Origin: Tubulanus polymorphus
Lineage: Eukaryota; Animalia; Nemertea
Direction: 5' to 3'
NCBI RefSeq assembly: GCF_964204645.1
Contig: NC_134028.1
Location: 13,005,263-13,069,262 of the forward strand
DNA length: 64,000 nucleotides
Shown one piece after another: positions 47,861-59,742 of the stretch; the stretch's first letter is position 1, and each line of letters begins with the position of its first letter. A program made the position numbers and the translations under genes. The notes under the pieces were generated by a model, which saw only the letters and a list, made by a program, of their open reading frames with translations, searched no databases and was not told the DNA's origin.

Positions 47861-48228
47861 TCAACTGGCTTGTTAATCTAGTATATTTTTAGTTACATTC
47901 TAGTTGAATTCTAGTTATTAGTAGTTGGAACAAAAATCAACTAGATTTAACAATATTTTAACTAGCTTGTTAATCTAGTTTAATTCTAGTTACATTCTAG
48001 TTGAATTCTAGTTATTAGTAGTTGGAACAAAAATCAACTATATTTAACAATATGTTAACTACCTTGTTAATCTAGTATATTTTTAGTTACATTCTAGTTG
48101 AATTCTAGTTATTAGTAGTTGGAACAAAAATCAACTAGATTCAACAAGAAATAAATAAAAACAACAATATTTCAACTAGCTTGTTAATCTAGTTGAATTC
48201 TAGTTACATTCTAGTTGAATTCTAGTTG
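47861..48228. repeat. 97-bp tandem repeat (~3.5 copies) rich in CTAG and GAATTC palindromes
   Basis: GGAAC anchor at 47927, 48024 and 48121. Confidence 0.9.
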
Positions 48229-48259
48229 CAACATCACAACTAATTTTTTTGTTATATAA

Positions 48260-48792
48260 ATGGTAGGTGAAAAGAAAATAAAATCTAAAAATGGTGATGT
48301 TCCAATTTAAAAACTTTAGATGATTTAGGAATAACAGAAAACAAATTAATTCCAGATGATGGTGCTTTAAATAATGTTACAACAAATAATAATTATGAAT
48401 ATTATCTTTATTGTAAACATCAATTAGAAATATTAATAGCATCTGGAAAATGTAAAAATTTTATCGGTAAAAATTTAACTTATAATGAATTAGATACAAT
48501 GAAATCAGATGAAATTATTAGATTATTTAAGATTTATGAAGCCGCGAGAACAGCTAGAATTAATGACATTAAGAAAATGCAGTAAAAGGTTATAGTAAAT
48601 TATGTAATTATATACTACCAATTGAAGATGAAAATAGATTATATGCTGATTTAAAAAATGATTATTTAGTTATGACTGAATTAAATAAATGGATTGGATA
48701 TTTATCATTTCAATTAGGTGGATTTATGACATTATTATCAACTGGGGTTATAACATTTTCAAATATTGAAAGTAAAAATATTTCTATAATAA
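48260..48792 (+). pseudogene. Homolog of the 200-aa gene at 18182-18784, frameshifted
   Basis: YEYYLYCKHQLEILIASGK...DLKNDYLVMTEL. Confidence 0.72.
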
Positions 48793-49155
48793 ATGAGCGA
48801 GGTGGAAGAAGTGAAGAAAAAACCGAGATCACAGAAACAAATTGAATGGTCTCGGCAATTAGGACTTAAATCACAAGAATATAAAAAAGCTGTAAAAGAA
48901 AAAATAAGTAGTAAAAATGTTAATAAAAATAGTGAAAATATTGTTATTTCTACTCCTTCTAATGATAGAATATTTGATAAATGTCTATATTTTACAGTTG
49001 GATTTGTATGTGTATTCATTTTGATTGGGTGTAATTGGTATAAGAAATCAAATAAAATTCATGATATTAATAATTCTGAAACAACTGCTATCAAAAATGA
49101 AAATACTTCTGAAATTCCAAAATTGACAATTAAAAAAAATGAATTAATATTTTAG
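48793..49155 (+). CDS. Basic single-TM Polinton protein (120 aa)
   Basis: KKPRSQKQIEW; homolog at 17821-18189. Confidence 0.72.
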   Translation: MSEVEEVKKKPRSQKQIEWSRQLGLKSQEYKKAVKEKISSKNVNKNSENIVISTPSNDRIFDKCLYFTVGFVCVFILIGCNWYKKSNKIHDINNSETTAIKNENTSEIPKLTIKKNELIF

Positions 49156-49294
49156 AAAAAAAGCAAAAAAAATAATTTTTTTTAATTAATTGAATATCTC
49201 TACTTTTGTCTATCTATGCGGAGCAATTAAATTGTCCAGATAAGTCATTTCGGATTCTAAATATTCATTATTTTTATTAATTTTTTTTTTAAAT

Positions 49295-49621
49295 TTAATC
49301 AACAATTTCTAAATCATGATGGCCATCTTCATTTTTTCCATGATAGATTATTTTAAATCCTTCTAAATCTTTTAATTCCTCTGTACTCAATGAAACCCAT
49401 TTATCAGGTAAAAATACTTTAAATTCTCGCGATGTACTAACATTACAGTAGCTTAAATTCGCTGATACTTTCTCTCCATATTTAGTTTTTATCTTTTCTA
49501 ATTTCAATATTTTATGTTCAATTTCTTTTGTAACATCAACTAACTTTTTTATTTCAAATTATTTTTTTGCTGGTTTTATTCAGTTATTTATTGTTGCTAA
49601 GAATGCTTTTCAATCTCCCAT
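49295..49621 (-). pseudogene. Divergent member of the small KYG..V...FLPD protein family
   Basis: TKYGEKV...FKVFLPDKW...GKNEDGHHDLE; TAAATG near 49621. Confidence 0.62.
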
Positions 49622-49930
49622 TTATAAGGAAAACAAATTACTTCTGGTGATGAGTGGGGATTACTTCCCCCTGTATATAACAAACACGCTATTTACCGTT
49701 CTCACCCAAGCCTCACAGCATCTATTTATCTGGGCACAGTTGACACGCAATCACTGTACTACAGTAATAGCACACGCGTTAATAACCGTTCTCAGTAGAG
49801 ACTCACTGTATCGATCTAACCACGCGCAGCTGTTGTTACGCGCACTCACTGTATATGTGTACCACAGAGCAATCGTCCGTTCTCACTAGAGCCTAGCTGT
49901 GATGAGTGGTGTCTCATACTCAATTGAATT

Positions 49931-49997
49931 ATTACTTGTGGTGATGAGTGGTGTCTCCTCTCGTCCTCTGATCTGAAAGCCCACTTTCCCAATTACT
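49931..49997 (-). repeat. Right terminal inverted repeat
   Basis: Inverse of 33291-33360 with few differences. Confidence 0.93.
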
Positions 49998-50887
49998 GAT
50001 AGAGCCTGATTTTATATAAAAAGTTCCCTCCCGCGCCTGTTCTATAAGTGTCAGGTTGAGCTTTTTATTTCAACTTATTTAAAAAAAGTAATAAAAATAA
50101 AATTCGCCCGCCCTCGTCACTTTCCAGAAAAAAATCTGATGAGAAACTAGGGTATTTCTTTGTGTGGCCTTAACGGCTTTTGAAGACCAAGGATTTTTGA
50201 GTATATTATAATTTCTTTTTCAATTTCTGCTATTTTGTTAACTACATAATCCAAGACTTCATTGGATTGATGGGATGGTAGTATTCTACCACAGCAATCA
50301 TATAAAGGATGCGCCTCAAGCATTTGCACTTGATCCACTCTAAGACTGCAATAGTGTTTCACAAAAAAATCAATTTTCATACATTTACATACATGCACGC
50401 GCAACATAGTTGAAGTGAGAACAAAAGGACAATGAAGATGTATAATATTTGAAGTCAATATTTATTGGGTATGCCTGGATATTATTAACTAACAATAGCA
50501 TTGGCAAATATGAACATGACGTTCAAAAGGATTGAATGCAAATGCATGTCCAACTACATATGTATATATCTGAAAAATCTGTTTATCTTCAATGTATTTA
50601 GTTATTTCATCATAAGTCACATTGACTGGGTTCCCAGCCTAAAGACCAACCAAAATTCAAGGCCATTAGAGAAAAACTTTTTTATGGCAATATGGCCTTG
50701 CTTCATCCATTCAAAAACAACCAAAGCAGCGTTAACAGGGTTGATTGTGCCATTGCTGACCCAAATTCACTGACATTCACTGCCATGTTATGCCAAATTA
50801 ACAGCAAACTACAATAACTTAAGAAATTGCAAATTTTCCAGCCAGTGACCAAATGCCCACACTAATGGGTTCTTCTAAAGCACGATA

Positions 50888-52553
50888 CAGTCAACCCCGC
50901 ATAAGTCGCCATCGAATTAGTCGTATCATAACATATCTCGTATAATTAAATTGGTTCCTATTTTCTTCTTCGTGTAACCTTATGAAATTATGCTTAACTC
51001 GTACTTCATAAGTCGTATTTTCACGTAAGTCGTATCAATTTTAGAAGCCAAATCGTCTGGTTCCATTCAAAATACCTCGCGTAAGTCGTAGCCCGATATG
51101 CCATAGCAGCATATAAATAAATTGCCCATGGGCAAAGTGTGGTTTACCTTGAAAGCTAGAAGTTGCTTGGGGTAAGGGCATTGTTTGAAAAATCTTTTTA
51201 ATTCGTAACTTCAAAGTTCTACAAGTTCAAATATTGTATTTTATCTTTCTTAATGGATTATTTTGTAGTCAAATAAGACCCAAAATATACATTTGTTTAC
51301 GGTCCACATCCAAAATTTCGTAGGGTACAGGTAGGCGCGGCATGGAAACTACTTCATATTTTCAAAGAAATATGAAATATGATATGAAAAAATATTCAAA
51401 TTAAATTCATATGATGTCACATATCAGAGGGTAGCTGAATGTATGACCGAGGTAGCTAAAAAACCGGTGCAGTAAGAAATCGGCGTATTAGATCGTTTTA
51501 AATCCTGGAATTTACCACTACAATATTCAGACCTCGACCTATACCTATAGTTTGCTGCTTAGTATTTTCAGGTCACAAGAAATTACAATTTATTACAAAT
51601 TCTATCAAACAGAAAACTCAGCGATCATCTTCTGCTGATGAAATGTCAAACGCGCCAGCAAGCAGCGTTACAGTATCACTATAGTAGTGTATACTGTACG
51701 CGCGTGTGTTGTGTGTGCAACAGTCTAATCTAATGATTTCCGCGCGCACGTGGAGGCCTTGTGTAAGTGAATGTTCGCTTACCCTTCAATGTCAATCAAA
51801 TCAATCACCGCGTATTAAAATGAAACAATACCTATGGCGGATAATAATTACATTCTCACCAGCAATGAGCATTTGAAATTCGCAATTAGACGGCACCTAG
51901 TCCAATGAAACGGTCGCCATTCTATGGCTTTCCCATAATTATTTTAGTAGCGCCGGAATTCCCCGTATATCCCAAAAACAGCCAATCCTTTCGCTCGTAG
52001 AGACAACGTCCCCCAATCGAGGTCATTGCAATTTTATACGCGAGAGCTCAGAATTTTCCCGCCAAAAACAGTTTTTCGTAGAATTTAAACAATGTTGACC
52101 TTGTTACGGAGGTTTGTCATGCCTTCAATCGCATCGATTAAACGTCGTTTAAGCCGAGAACCAATGAAACAAATGTTCACATAATGAACGTACCGCGATT
52201 TTACATGAATTGGCTCAATGCCAACTTTATATCGCTGACAAAGGTAAACCAAAAATACGCTACAATATTGTCAGTGTAATTTTACGATGTAATTTTCTTG
52301 TGACATTGTCTGGGTGGTGCACGTGGCAGCTTTAATTGATTGATTGAGCGATATAGGATCTATTCATGATACGACGAACCATGCTGGAATCTGAACGTCG
52401 TATATCGTTTTTTCACGGGTAATTCGCGGAATTCGTATAAAACCACGACTTATAAATAACTCGTAAAAATACGACTTACACGTAACTCATCCATCATGTA
52501 AGTCGTAGCAAAAGCGTCAATCCCGAGGACTACGACTTATGTAGGGTTGACTG
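50888..52553. mobile_element. Non-autonomous Tc1/mariner-pogo type element
   Basis: TA TSD; TIR CAGTCAACCC(CG/TA)CATAAGTCG; subterminal TAAGTCGTA repeats. Confidence 0.85.
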
Positions 52554-52746
52554 TACTACACAATAACGAAATATGAAACGATATTACGAAATGCTTAAGT
52601 ACGAAACGAAATAGGTACGAAATGCTAAACTACGAAATGAAATGGCCATTCTTTCGTGGGTCCTGCAAAAGTATGTAATGAAATACGAAACGAAAACGTA
52701 ATTTTTTCGCTACAGTTATGGACTCGTGGAGCTGGCTCGAACATAC

Positions 52747-52830
52747 GCACCCGGTCTAGTGTGGCAGGGTTCTGCGCCATGGCCGAGTTTAGCGATATCA
52801 TCACGTTCGAACCCCTACCGGGGGAGAATG
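52747..52830 (+). repeat. tRNA-derived SINE-like head
   Basis: GTCTAGTGTGG (A-box-like) and GTTCGAACCC (B box); related copies at 62732 and 62948. Confidence 0.6.
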
Positions 52831-53270
52831 ATCTGTGCATGCTCACATACAACGTGAAGGGACCTATTGATAAATTACGCGTTAGAGAACAAAGTGTGCT
52901 TTAAAACATATCCTGCGGTGTTAAGGCTTAAAAATTATACCTTGTTTCTCCACTGTGCTGAGCTTAAATGTTGATCCGACCGGCTGCCTATCTGCCCTGT
53001 ACATTTATTTAAAAACAATGATCAGACATACAATAACAGACCCAGCAGCTACAGAAATGACAAAGGCCAAACTATTTTTTTGGAATTTGCAAAGGACCCA
53101 GGCCGCTGCGGAGAAACAAGGTATTCAATTTTTAGCCTTAGGCTTATTATTGTTTCTCCTGGAAACCCTCAATTTGAATTTACGCTATCAGGCGACTTTC
53201 TGGTTCCCTAAAGCGAATTATGTTATTTGATCCACGATGGAGATGGAATAACGACCACACACTATAGATT

Positions 53271-53342
53271 CCGTTGTATCAACTTTCAGACCGACTCAAA
53301 GTGTCACCGTTGTATCAACTTTCAGACCGACTCTAAGTGTCA
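53271..53342. repeat. 36-bp tandem duplication
   Basis: CCGTTGTATCAACTTTCAGACCGACTC(A/T)AAGTGTCA x2. Confidence 0.9.
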
Positions 53343-53927
53343 ATAGGCTAAACACCTTCCAGAAGAACAAAAATTCTTGTATACTTTCAAAACATTATTT
53401 ACATGTACATGTACCGCCAAAATGTAGACAGTCCCGAGGCGTTAACGAGCTTGAAATATGACCATTTCGTTTCGTACTTTTCGCACTTCTCGCAAAAGAA
53501 TCAACATTTTGTAATTTCGTTTCGCATTTAGTAGTTTCGTAATTTTGCTTGATACATGTATATCGTAACTTTGTTTCACATTTCGTAATTTTGTACTTTA
53601 GCAGGACCCCACACTGATGCCTTTAAAATTAGTTGAAGTATGGATTTTCCATCAAAAAAGAGGGTAAAACCGAAAATTAAAAAATATATCTTAATATAAA
53701 TCCCGACGCCATTAAAATGGAATTGGGAACATAGATTTCAACTTAATGATGATCATGAATATACATAGTAGTGGTTGTTCCCCAATGACTCAATTATGAC
53801 ACCTTTTATGCATGCAACATAGGCCTACCAGGATTGAAAGAAATCAAAACAATTTACCATGCATTAAACCTATAGTCAAACCCTTACCAAAAATGTCCAT
53901 CATAACCATCATAAATCTACAGCTTAA

Positions 53928-54420
53928 GGATCAAGTAGCGCTTAAATAGTTTTTGTTTTTAACGATACAGTGTTTACAGTATCTCTGATTAGCCATAAAT
54001 TAGTCATATATTTATCCCTCACTTCGTGCTTATAGTTCACATACAACCCGCAGTGGCGCTATTTATGATGTTATCTATGACAATCATCACAAGCACGTGT
54101 GCGCGCCAGTACGCTTAGCCTATGTATAATCGATCACATAAACATCGTTTTTACTGTATATAGCGCTACTCACTAATAAACGTTAACCTTGTCATATCCA
54201 ACAGTAGCAACAGTATACAATGGTAAGAGTTCAAAATTCAAAGCCACTTCTAAAATGATTAATTATCCCATGAAATGTCTAGTCAAATAACTGTAAACTG
54301 TGAGCTGAAATTGCCGATTTAAAAATTGTATTTCTCAGTAATCTTTTTTGACAGCATTTGCTTTGTAACATTGAATGAGTTCAAAATGAGGATTTTGACA
54401 AATTAAGCGCTACTTAAGCT
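53928..54420. mobile_element. TTAA-flanked MITE (Kolobok-like)
   Basis: TTAA at 53924-53927 and 54421-54424; inverted AAGTAGCGCTTAA. Confidence 0.6.
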
Positions 54421-54927
54421 TTAAGTTATCATATTCCAGTATGATTATTTTAGATTTTTACATTTGATGAAATAAATCTAACTTGAATTTGTGAAAATCA
54501 CCAATGGAATTGATTAGTTAAGGATAATCATTTAATGTTGTGACAATACATTAACGCTACCAGTTGTACAAGGGCCGATTCAGGGGGGTGGACTGGGTGG
54601 ACTGGGTGGACTGGTTCGACCCTTTAAAATTCGAATGTGCCCTCCAAAGTCTGAAAAAAAGTTAATTTTTCGCTAAGTGAATTTTCAAAAGACTAAAAAT
54701 AAACTCATATGGGCCCTGATAAGGACAAGAAAAGCCCCTCTGATTGTCCTAATTATCTTATGATCATATCACTATTATCGGACAATACCTGCATTCCAAT
54801 GGGAGACAAATCCTTGTCAATGTAAAAATGAACCCCTCAATCGTCTGTGTTAGAGCTCACCAACTAATCCAAAGGAGCTGGTGACCTCTACAACACTGTT
54901 TACCTTGCAGATAAGGAAATTGGTGAG

Positions 54928-55766
54928 CAGTGTTGTCATATCGCGGAATGACGAAATCGCGGAATTTTTTAAAAACACGGAATTTCTTCACTATCACTAT
55001 AAATAGTAAGCGGGTTTTCCCACGGGGATACCTGGTGTCGAATTGCAGTTTTATCTGACATCATTTCATGATATCGTTCACTGGCTGCCAGTTACCAGCT
55101 GCAGCAGCAGTCAGAACATAGCCGGACAAAGAGATCGGCACCATGGCAAACATCGGTTATCGAAGTTAATCGACTTTTTGCGATCTTAGTAGATTTGAGC
55201 CTTAGTAGGTTGGGCCGTATGTAGTTTTAGATGGCTGCAAACGTGAAATGTGCAACGAACTAACATGTACAGCGGTTCCGTAAAAATCATTTTGACAGAA
55301 ACCGCCGTCTAAAACCGATACGTTTTTTAGTCCCACGGAATCAACACGGCGAAGCAACTAAGCAACAGCTTTCTCTTCACAAATGACGGAGTTAAAAAAG
55401 ATACCATTTCATACATAATGTTTAATATCATTCAATTTTTATTAACTCTCCTCACCACACTTGCATAAATCCAAATTTAGATGCACGAGACGCAATAAAA
55501 ACCCAAAGCAAGAATATGCATAATGTGTATCAAATGCCTACGTAGGTTCTCCATTTTCTCGTTTGAAGGTATCGTTTATTTCTTGAGTGATGACAGTAAT
55601 AGATTATCGCATCGGCCTACCAGGTACCGGTAATGAAAACATGCGCCCGGTGCCTTGGCCAACAAGGGGTATCCCATGGAAAAAAAACACGGTTACTATC
55701 TTGAGTAAAAATGAAGAAATTCTGTGTTTTTGGAAAATTCCGCGATTCCGCGATATGACATCACCG
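54928..55766. mobile_element. Non-autonomous DNA transposon with 9-bp TSD
   Basis: TSD ATTGGTGAG (54919-54927 and 55767-55775); TIR C(A/G)GTG(T/A)TGTCATATCGCGGAAT. Confidence 0.8.
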
Positions 55767-56602
55767 ATTGGTGAGCTTTTATGTTTGTTATAAACCTTCA
55801 TTAAAGTGAATCATTCTGGAAGCTTCAGTCAAAATTTAGATGTCTTTTTTCAATTGCCATTGACGAGGAGTTGCCTCTCTTCTTTACATATAAATTCCTC
55901 ACTAATCCTAGATATACCATTATTATCAATGATCCTAGATATACTATTATTATTATTATTAATTGTGAAAAGTCTCTACTTATATAAAGATTGTGACACA
56001 GTCGGCGAATCAACTTGGGCTGAATATTGCATAACCAAATGGAAACAACCTGTATTTTCTAGTTGGCAAATAAATTTGCTAATCAATAGCTTGATATCAT
56101 CACCAAATTTTAGTTGCTGATCACTTAATCTGCCAACATTACAATTCCGCTGAATGAATACATACATTCCTCATCATTTGATCGCTGAATCTGTGAACCA
56201 AATTTACTGACTTAAGTCAACCTTGGTCTCCTGATTTCAATCTCAGGCAAATTAATCACTGATAAAATTTGCTTAGTCTGTGTCACAAGCTTAATTAAGA
56301 GATCATTAAGCAGATTAAGCTAATAAAACATCAACATATTTTGAGAATCCCTTTCTCAATCGGATTTACATCGATAAATCAGCACACAGATTGTTAAGGG
56401 CATATCTTAAAATTTTATTTCACCAAATTACAAATCAAATCACATTTTCCATCAGAATATGATTAGACTAGACAAGTTATTGATGGTAAAAATTTAATAA
56501 TCCATCACCAGTTTAGCAGGGAGTCTATGTATATGTTACAGCTACACAAGGAAACCAGTTACATAGAGGCCTTTTATTCTTATAACTGAGCTTAGTTAAA
56601 TA

Positions 56603-56770
56603 CAGTGGAACCTTGTTATAACAAACTCTGATACAATGATTCATCGGATAAAAGAAATATAGAATTTCATCACAAGAAAGAAATTCAATTAATTTCATAT
56701 ATAACGAATTATCGGTTATTACGGACATATTTTGTGGTCCCGTGAAGTTCATTGTAATGAGGTTCCGCAG
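56603..56770. mobile_element. Short degenerate Tc1/pogo-type MITE
   Basis: TA-CAGTGGAACC...GGTTCCGCAG-TA. Confidence 0.5.
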
Positions 56771-57107
56771 TAACATTGGAAAAGTAAACATCAGGACAGC
56801 CAATACTTTTAGGACTTACAAGATAAACAAGTCATGTAGAAGTCAATATAGTAATATCAATTGACAGGTGCAGGAAGTATTGAGAGGGGAGGGGCATGTT
56901 AGATTGTGGGTATATAGAGATATACAGAAAGATGGCAGAATATGGATTGGCTAGGTTATTTCATCAAATTATGCATGGACACTACTATGATTTTCCATGG
57001 AAAATATCGGAGTCTGATTGCTTCATTTCATAGCTCTACACTTCATTATATTTATTCTTACAAGAATTCAAGGTTGCACATGTGTATGGCAACAGATAAG
57101 ATCAGGA

Positions 57108-57299
57108 TTATTGTTGTAAATTAACATTCATCTGTAGTGCTGTTTGCAGAAGTACTTTTATTCCAGGCATGAATGAGCTTATCTCGGAGAAATTGCCTTG
57201 AGATACCATCTGTGCATGAATGGCAAGGCCATTAGCATAATTAAACTGCTGGATAGCCTGCACTATTTGGTGTAGTCCAGAAGTCACGCTAGGGGATAA
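57108..57299 (-). CDS. SEC31: Host SEC31 (COPII outer coat) last coding exon
   Basis: Acceptor TTTTTCAG then LSPSVTSGLHQIVQAIQQFNYANGLAIHAQMVSQGNFSEISSFMPGIKVLLQTALQMNVNLQQ*, matching the metazoan Sec31 C-terminus as I recall it. Confidence 0.85.
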   Translation of the reverse strand, partial: LSPSVTSGLHQIVQAIQQFNYANGLAIHAQMVSQGNFSEISSFMPGIKVLLQTALQMNVNLQQ

Positions 57300-58399
57300 C
57301 TGAAAAACAGAGATTTTATACATTAAAAATGGTGAAAACATAATATATGGGGAGAGAAATCCCACAATAAATGACGCCAAAAATGAACAGTTCTTAAGTA
57401 AAATGACGTTGGAAGTTATTAATGATGTCACCTGTCATCGAATCCAAATAATGCAATATTCTAATATACTATAACTTTTTTCTATATTTCAACTATTATT
57501 TTCTATAATTGTCTCGTTTCAATTCTGATTTTCACAGAAGATCTGTCAAGGTATATGTTTTAGACATCTTCAAAATTTAGCTAAGATTTATGCAACCAGG
57601 GACCTTGAGACTTCATCAAGATAATCGGAAGTTCCAGTTCGGGAAAAGGAACAAGTCCCGCCTCGCTGGGAAGGCTGGATCAATGTATCTAAACGTATCA
57701 ATTACAGTTACATGTATAACAAATATACACTACTTGTCACCACTTGTGCTAGTAGAATTTGATGCTGTCTTAATTCTGAAAGTAACGGTTGCTTTCTGGG
57801 CTTATTTTCTTAAAGATCCGCATGAGCTGAAACTTTTCACTGGTAATTCCTTTTGAGATTTATGTTTGATGCTCTATCCAACCATTCCAGTTTCAAACTG
57901 CACATCACTGAATACCTCTTAAAACCAGATAAATAACAGGCACAGCAAAAACTTCACGGAGAAGGTAAAAATGGTTGTCCAACTTATTCAAGCTTTATGA
58001 AATATTTTCAAAATTATTGCAATATAAAATCTCTCAATGAAAAAATAACATTACACAGGCCTGATTATAACATATCATGTCATTAAGACAGATTTATTTT
58101 AATGTTACAATAAAAAACACGGTGCCCATGGGCACTGTTAGATTCAGCACAGAAGTTAGTGAATTGAAGGAGTTAATCATATCAGTCGTACAAGACCATA
58201 CATTGGTTTAGTAAGGTGCTCTATCAGCTTATACTTGACATAAAAGGAAATGCATGTTAAGGTAATTAGATTTTAAATGACAAACAGTTGTTTATACAAG
58301 GAAGAGAAGGTAACCCATTTTAAGTAGGCCTAATAGATTTTGAAATGAAATACATACAATGTGGCGATAACAGAGTGACACATAGTGAAATTAACCCAA

Positions 58400-59655
58400 A
58401 TCTAATAACGAGTTGATGTGTCTCGATAATAATTGGTTAAAAACCAGTATTTAAATTAGTAGATGAATTGGATTTCGAAAGTTTACATATTAGGGCTGAT
58501 TCCACTATGTGTCTCTTATGAGGCTTGTTGCGGATATCTATTTTGTGTTCTTTAATACGCTGACTAAGATTACATCCCGTTTCGCCGATGTACACCATAT
58601 TACAGTCTTTACATGGTATCTTATAGACCATGGACTCAATTAGCTCACTGTTGGGTTTACTTTTGGTTAAAACATTAGTGAGTTTGTTATTGCACTGAAA
58701 ATCTAGTGTAGATGGTGCTTAATGTGGATTTAAAGCGTTCCAAAGTAGGTAAATACGGGATTATGATATTCTTTTGAGCTCGGCGTTTTGTGGTCAGGTC
58801 ATTACATCCAAAGAGAGCAATTCAGGCTTTGAAATGTGCTTTGTTCAAAATTTTGTCTGGATAGGCTAGTTTCTTGAGAGCAGTTCTTATATGTTTCATT
58901 TCTTTATCTAAAAACATTTGATCACAAATACGTTGAGCTCGAAGAAATAATCCTTGGGCTATTCCAATTTTGATGTTCAATGGAGTAAATGAGAAAAAAT
59001 GAAGATAGGCTTCAGCATTAGTCAGTTTTCTATATACAGAGAATTTCAAATGTGTTTTGAAATTATGAATGAGTACATTGAGAAACGGGATGCAGTTATT
59101 TTCTTCCCACTCGAAAGTGAAATTCAAAGTAGGATATAAAGAGTTCAAATAATGTAAGAACCCATTCACATTAAAATCACGGGAAACTAAACAAAGAATA
59201 TCATCAACGTAACGTCGCCAAATTTTCGGTGTAAAGAGGAAGAATTTCACTTGCGACATGTTCCAAAAATAAACCAGCTAGAACAGGGGAAAGTGGATTC
59301 CCCATAGCCATACCAAAAATCTGTTCAAAAAAGTTAGAACCAAATTGAAAATATAAGTTTTTTGTACAAAGTTCAATTAAGTCCAAAAGACAATCAACCA
59401 GTATATCAAAATGAAAATCTAAAGTAGGTAAAGTAGGTTCTAAGAGAACATTAGTGAATGAGCTAGCAACATCAAAAGATATAAATTTATCATGCCCAGG
59501 AATAATATCTTTTAAACATTCCAATAAATCCTGGTTATGACGTAAAGGGGCATTCGAAAATGAGCCAAGAACCGGTGAAAGAGTTTCAGCCAAATATTTA
59601 GATAGTCTATAGGATGGTGAATCACAATTGGAGATGATCGGTCGAAGCGGAATTG
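58400..59655 (-). pseudogene. Decayed Penelope-like element fragment (RT C-half + GIY-YIG), related to 3850-5949, inside the SEC31 intron
   Basis: GMAMGNPLSP, RRYVDD, VYKIPCKDC..VYIGETG. Confidence 0.88.
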
Positions 59656-59742
59656 ATGATATTCTTTGTTTATTGAGTTGATGAGATCAAGTTTATTAAG
59701 TTGATGATATTCTTTGTTTAGTTTCCCGCAATTTTCCCGAAA

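Larger units (their letters stand above)
33291..49997 (+). mobile_element. Complete Polinton/Maverick (adintovirus-like) element C, 16,707 bp, decayed
   Basis: TIRs beginning AGTAAT; 6-bp TSD GATAGA (33285-33290 and 49998-50003); pPolB, penton, MCP, integrase, ATPase. Confidence 0.96.
26277..50169. mobile_element. ~0.4-kb PIF/Harbinger-type MITE split by the Gypsy and Polinton insertions
   Basis: TIR GGCCAYACAAAGAAATACCCT at 26277-26297 and 50149-50169 (1 mismatch); TTA at 26274-26276 and 50170-50172. Confidence 0.75.
50867..53610. mobile_element. Possible older non-autonomous DNA element (GGG termini, TACGAAA sub-repeats) hosting nested insertions
   Basis: Degenerate TIR GGGTTCTTCTAAAGCAC / GGGGTCCTGCTAAAGTAC; flanking ACACTAAT / ACACTGAT; inverted ACGAAA arrays at 52560-52700 and 53460-53595. 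Confidence 0.45.

Noticed and set aside
47861-48228. CRISPR array
   Set aside because: Head-to-tail tandem repeat without unique spacers
1-49997. Alternative genetic code or programmed frameshifting to explain broken Polinton ORFs
   Set aside because: All three stop types occur and most lesions differ between copies, consistent with neutral decay or homopolymer errors
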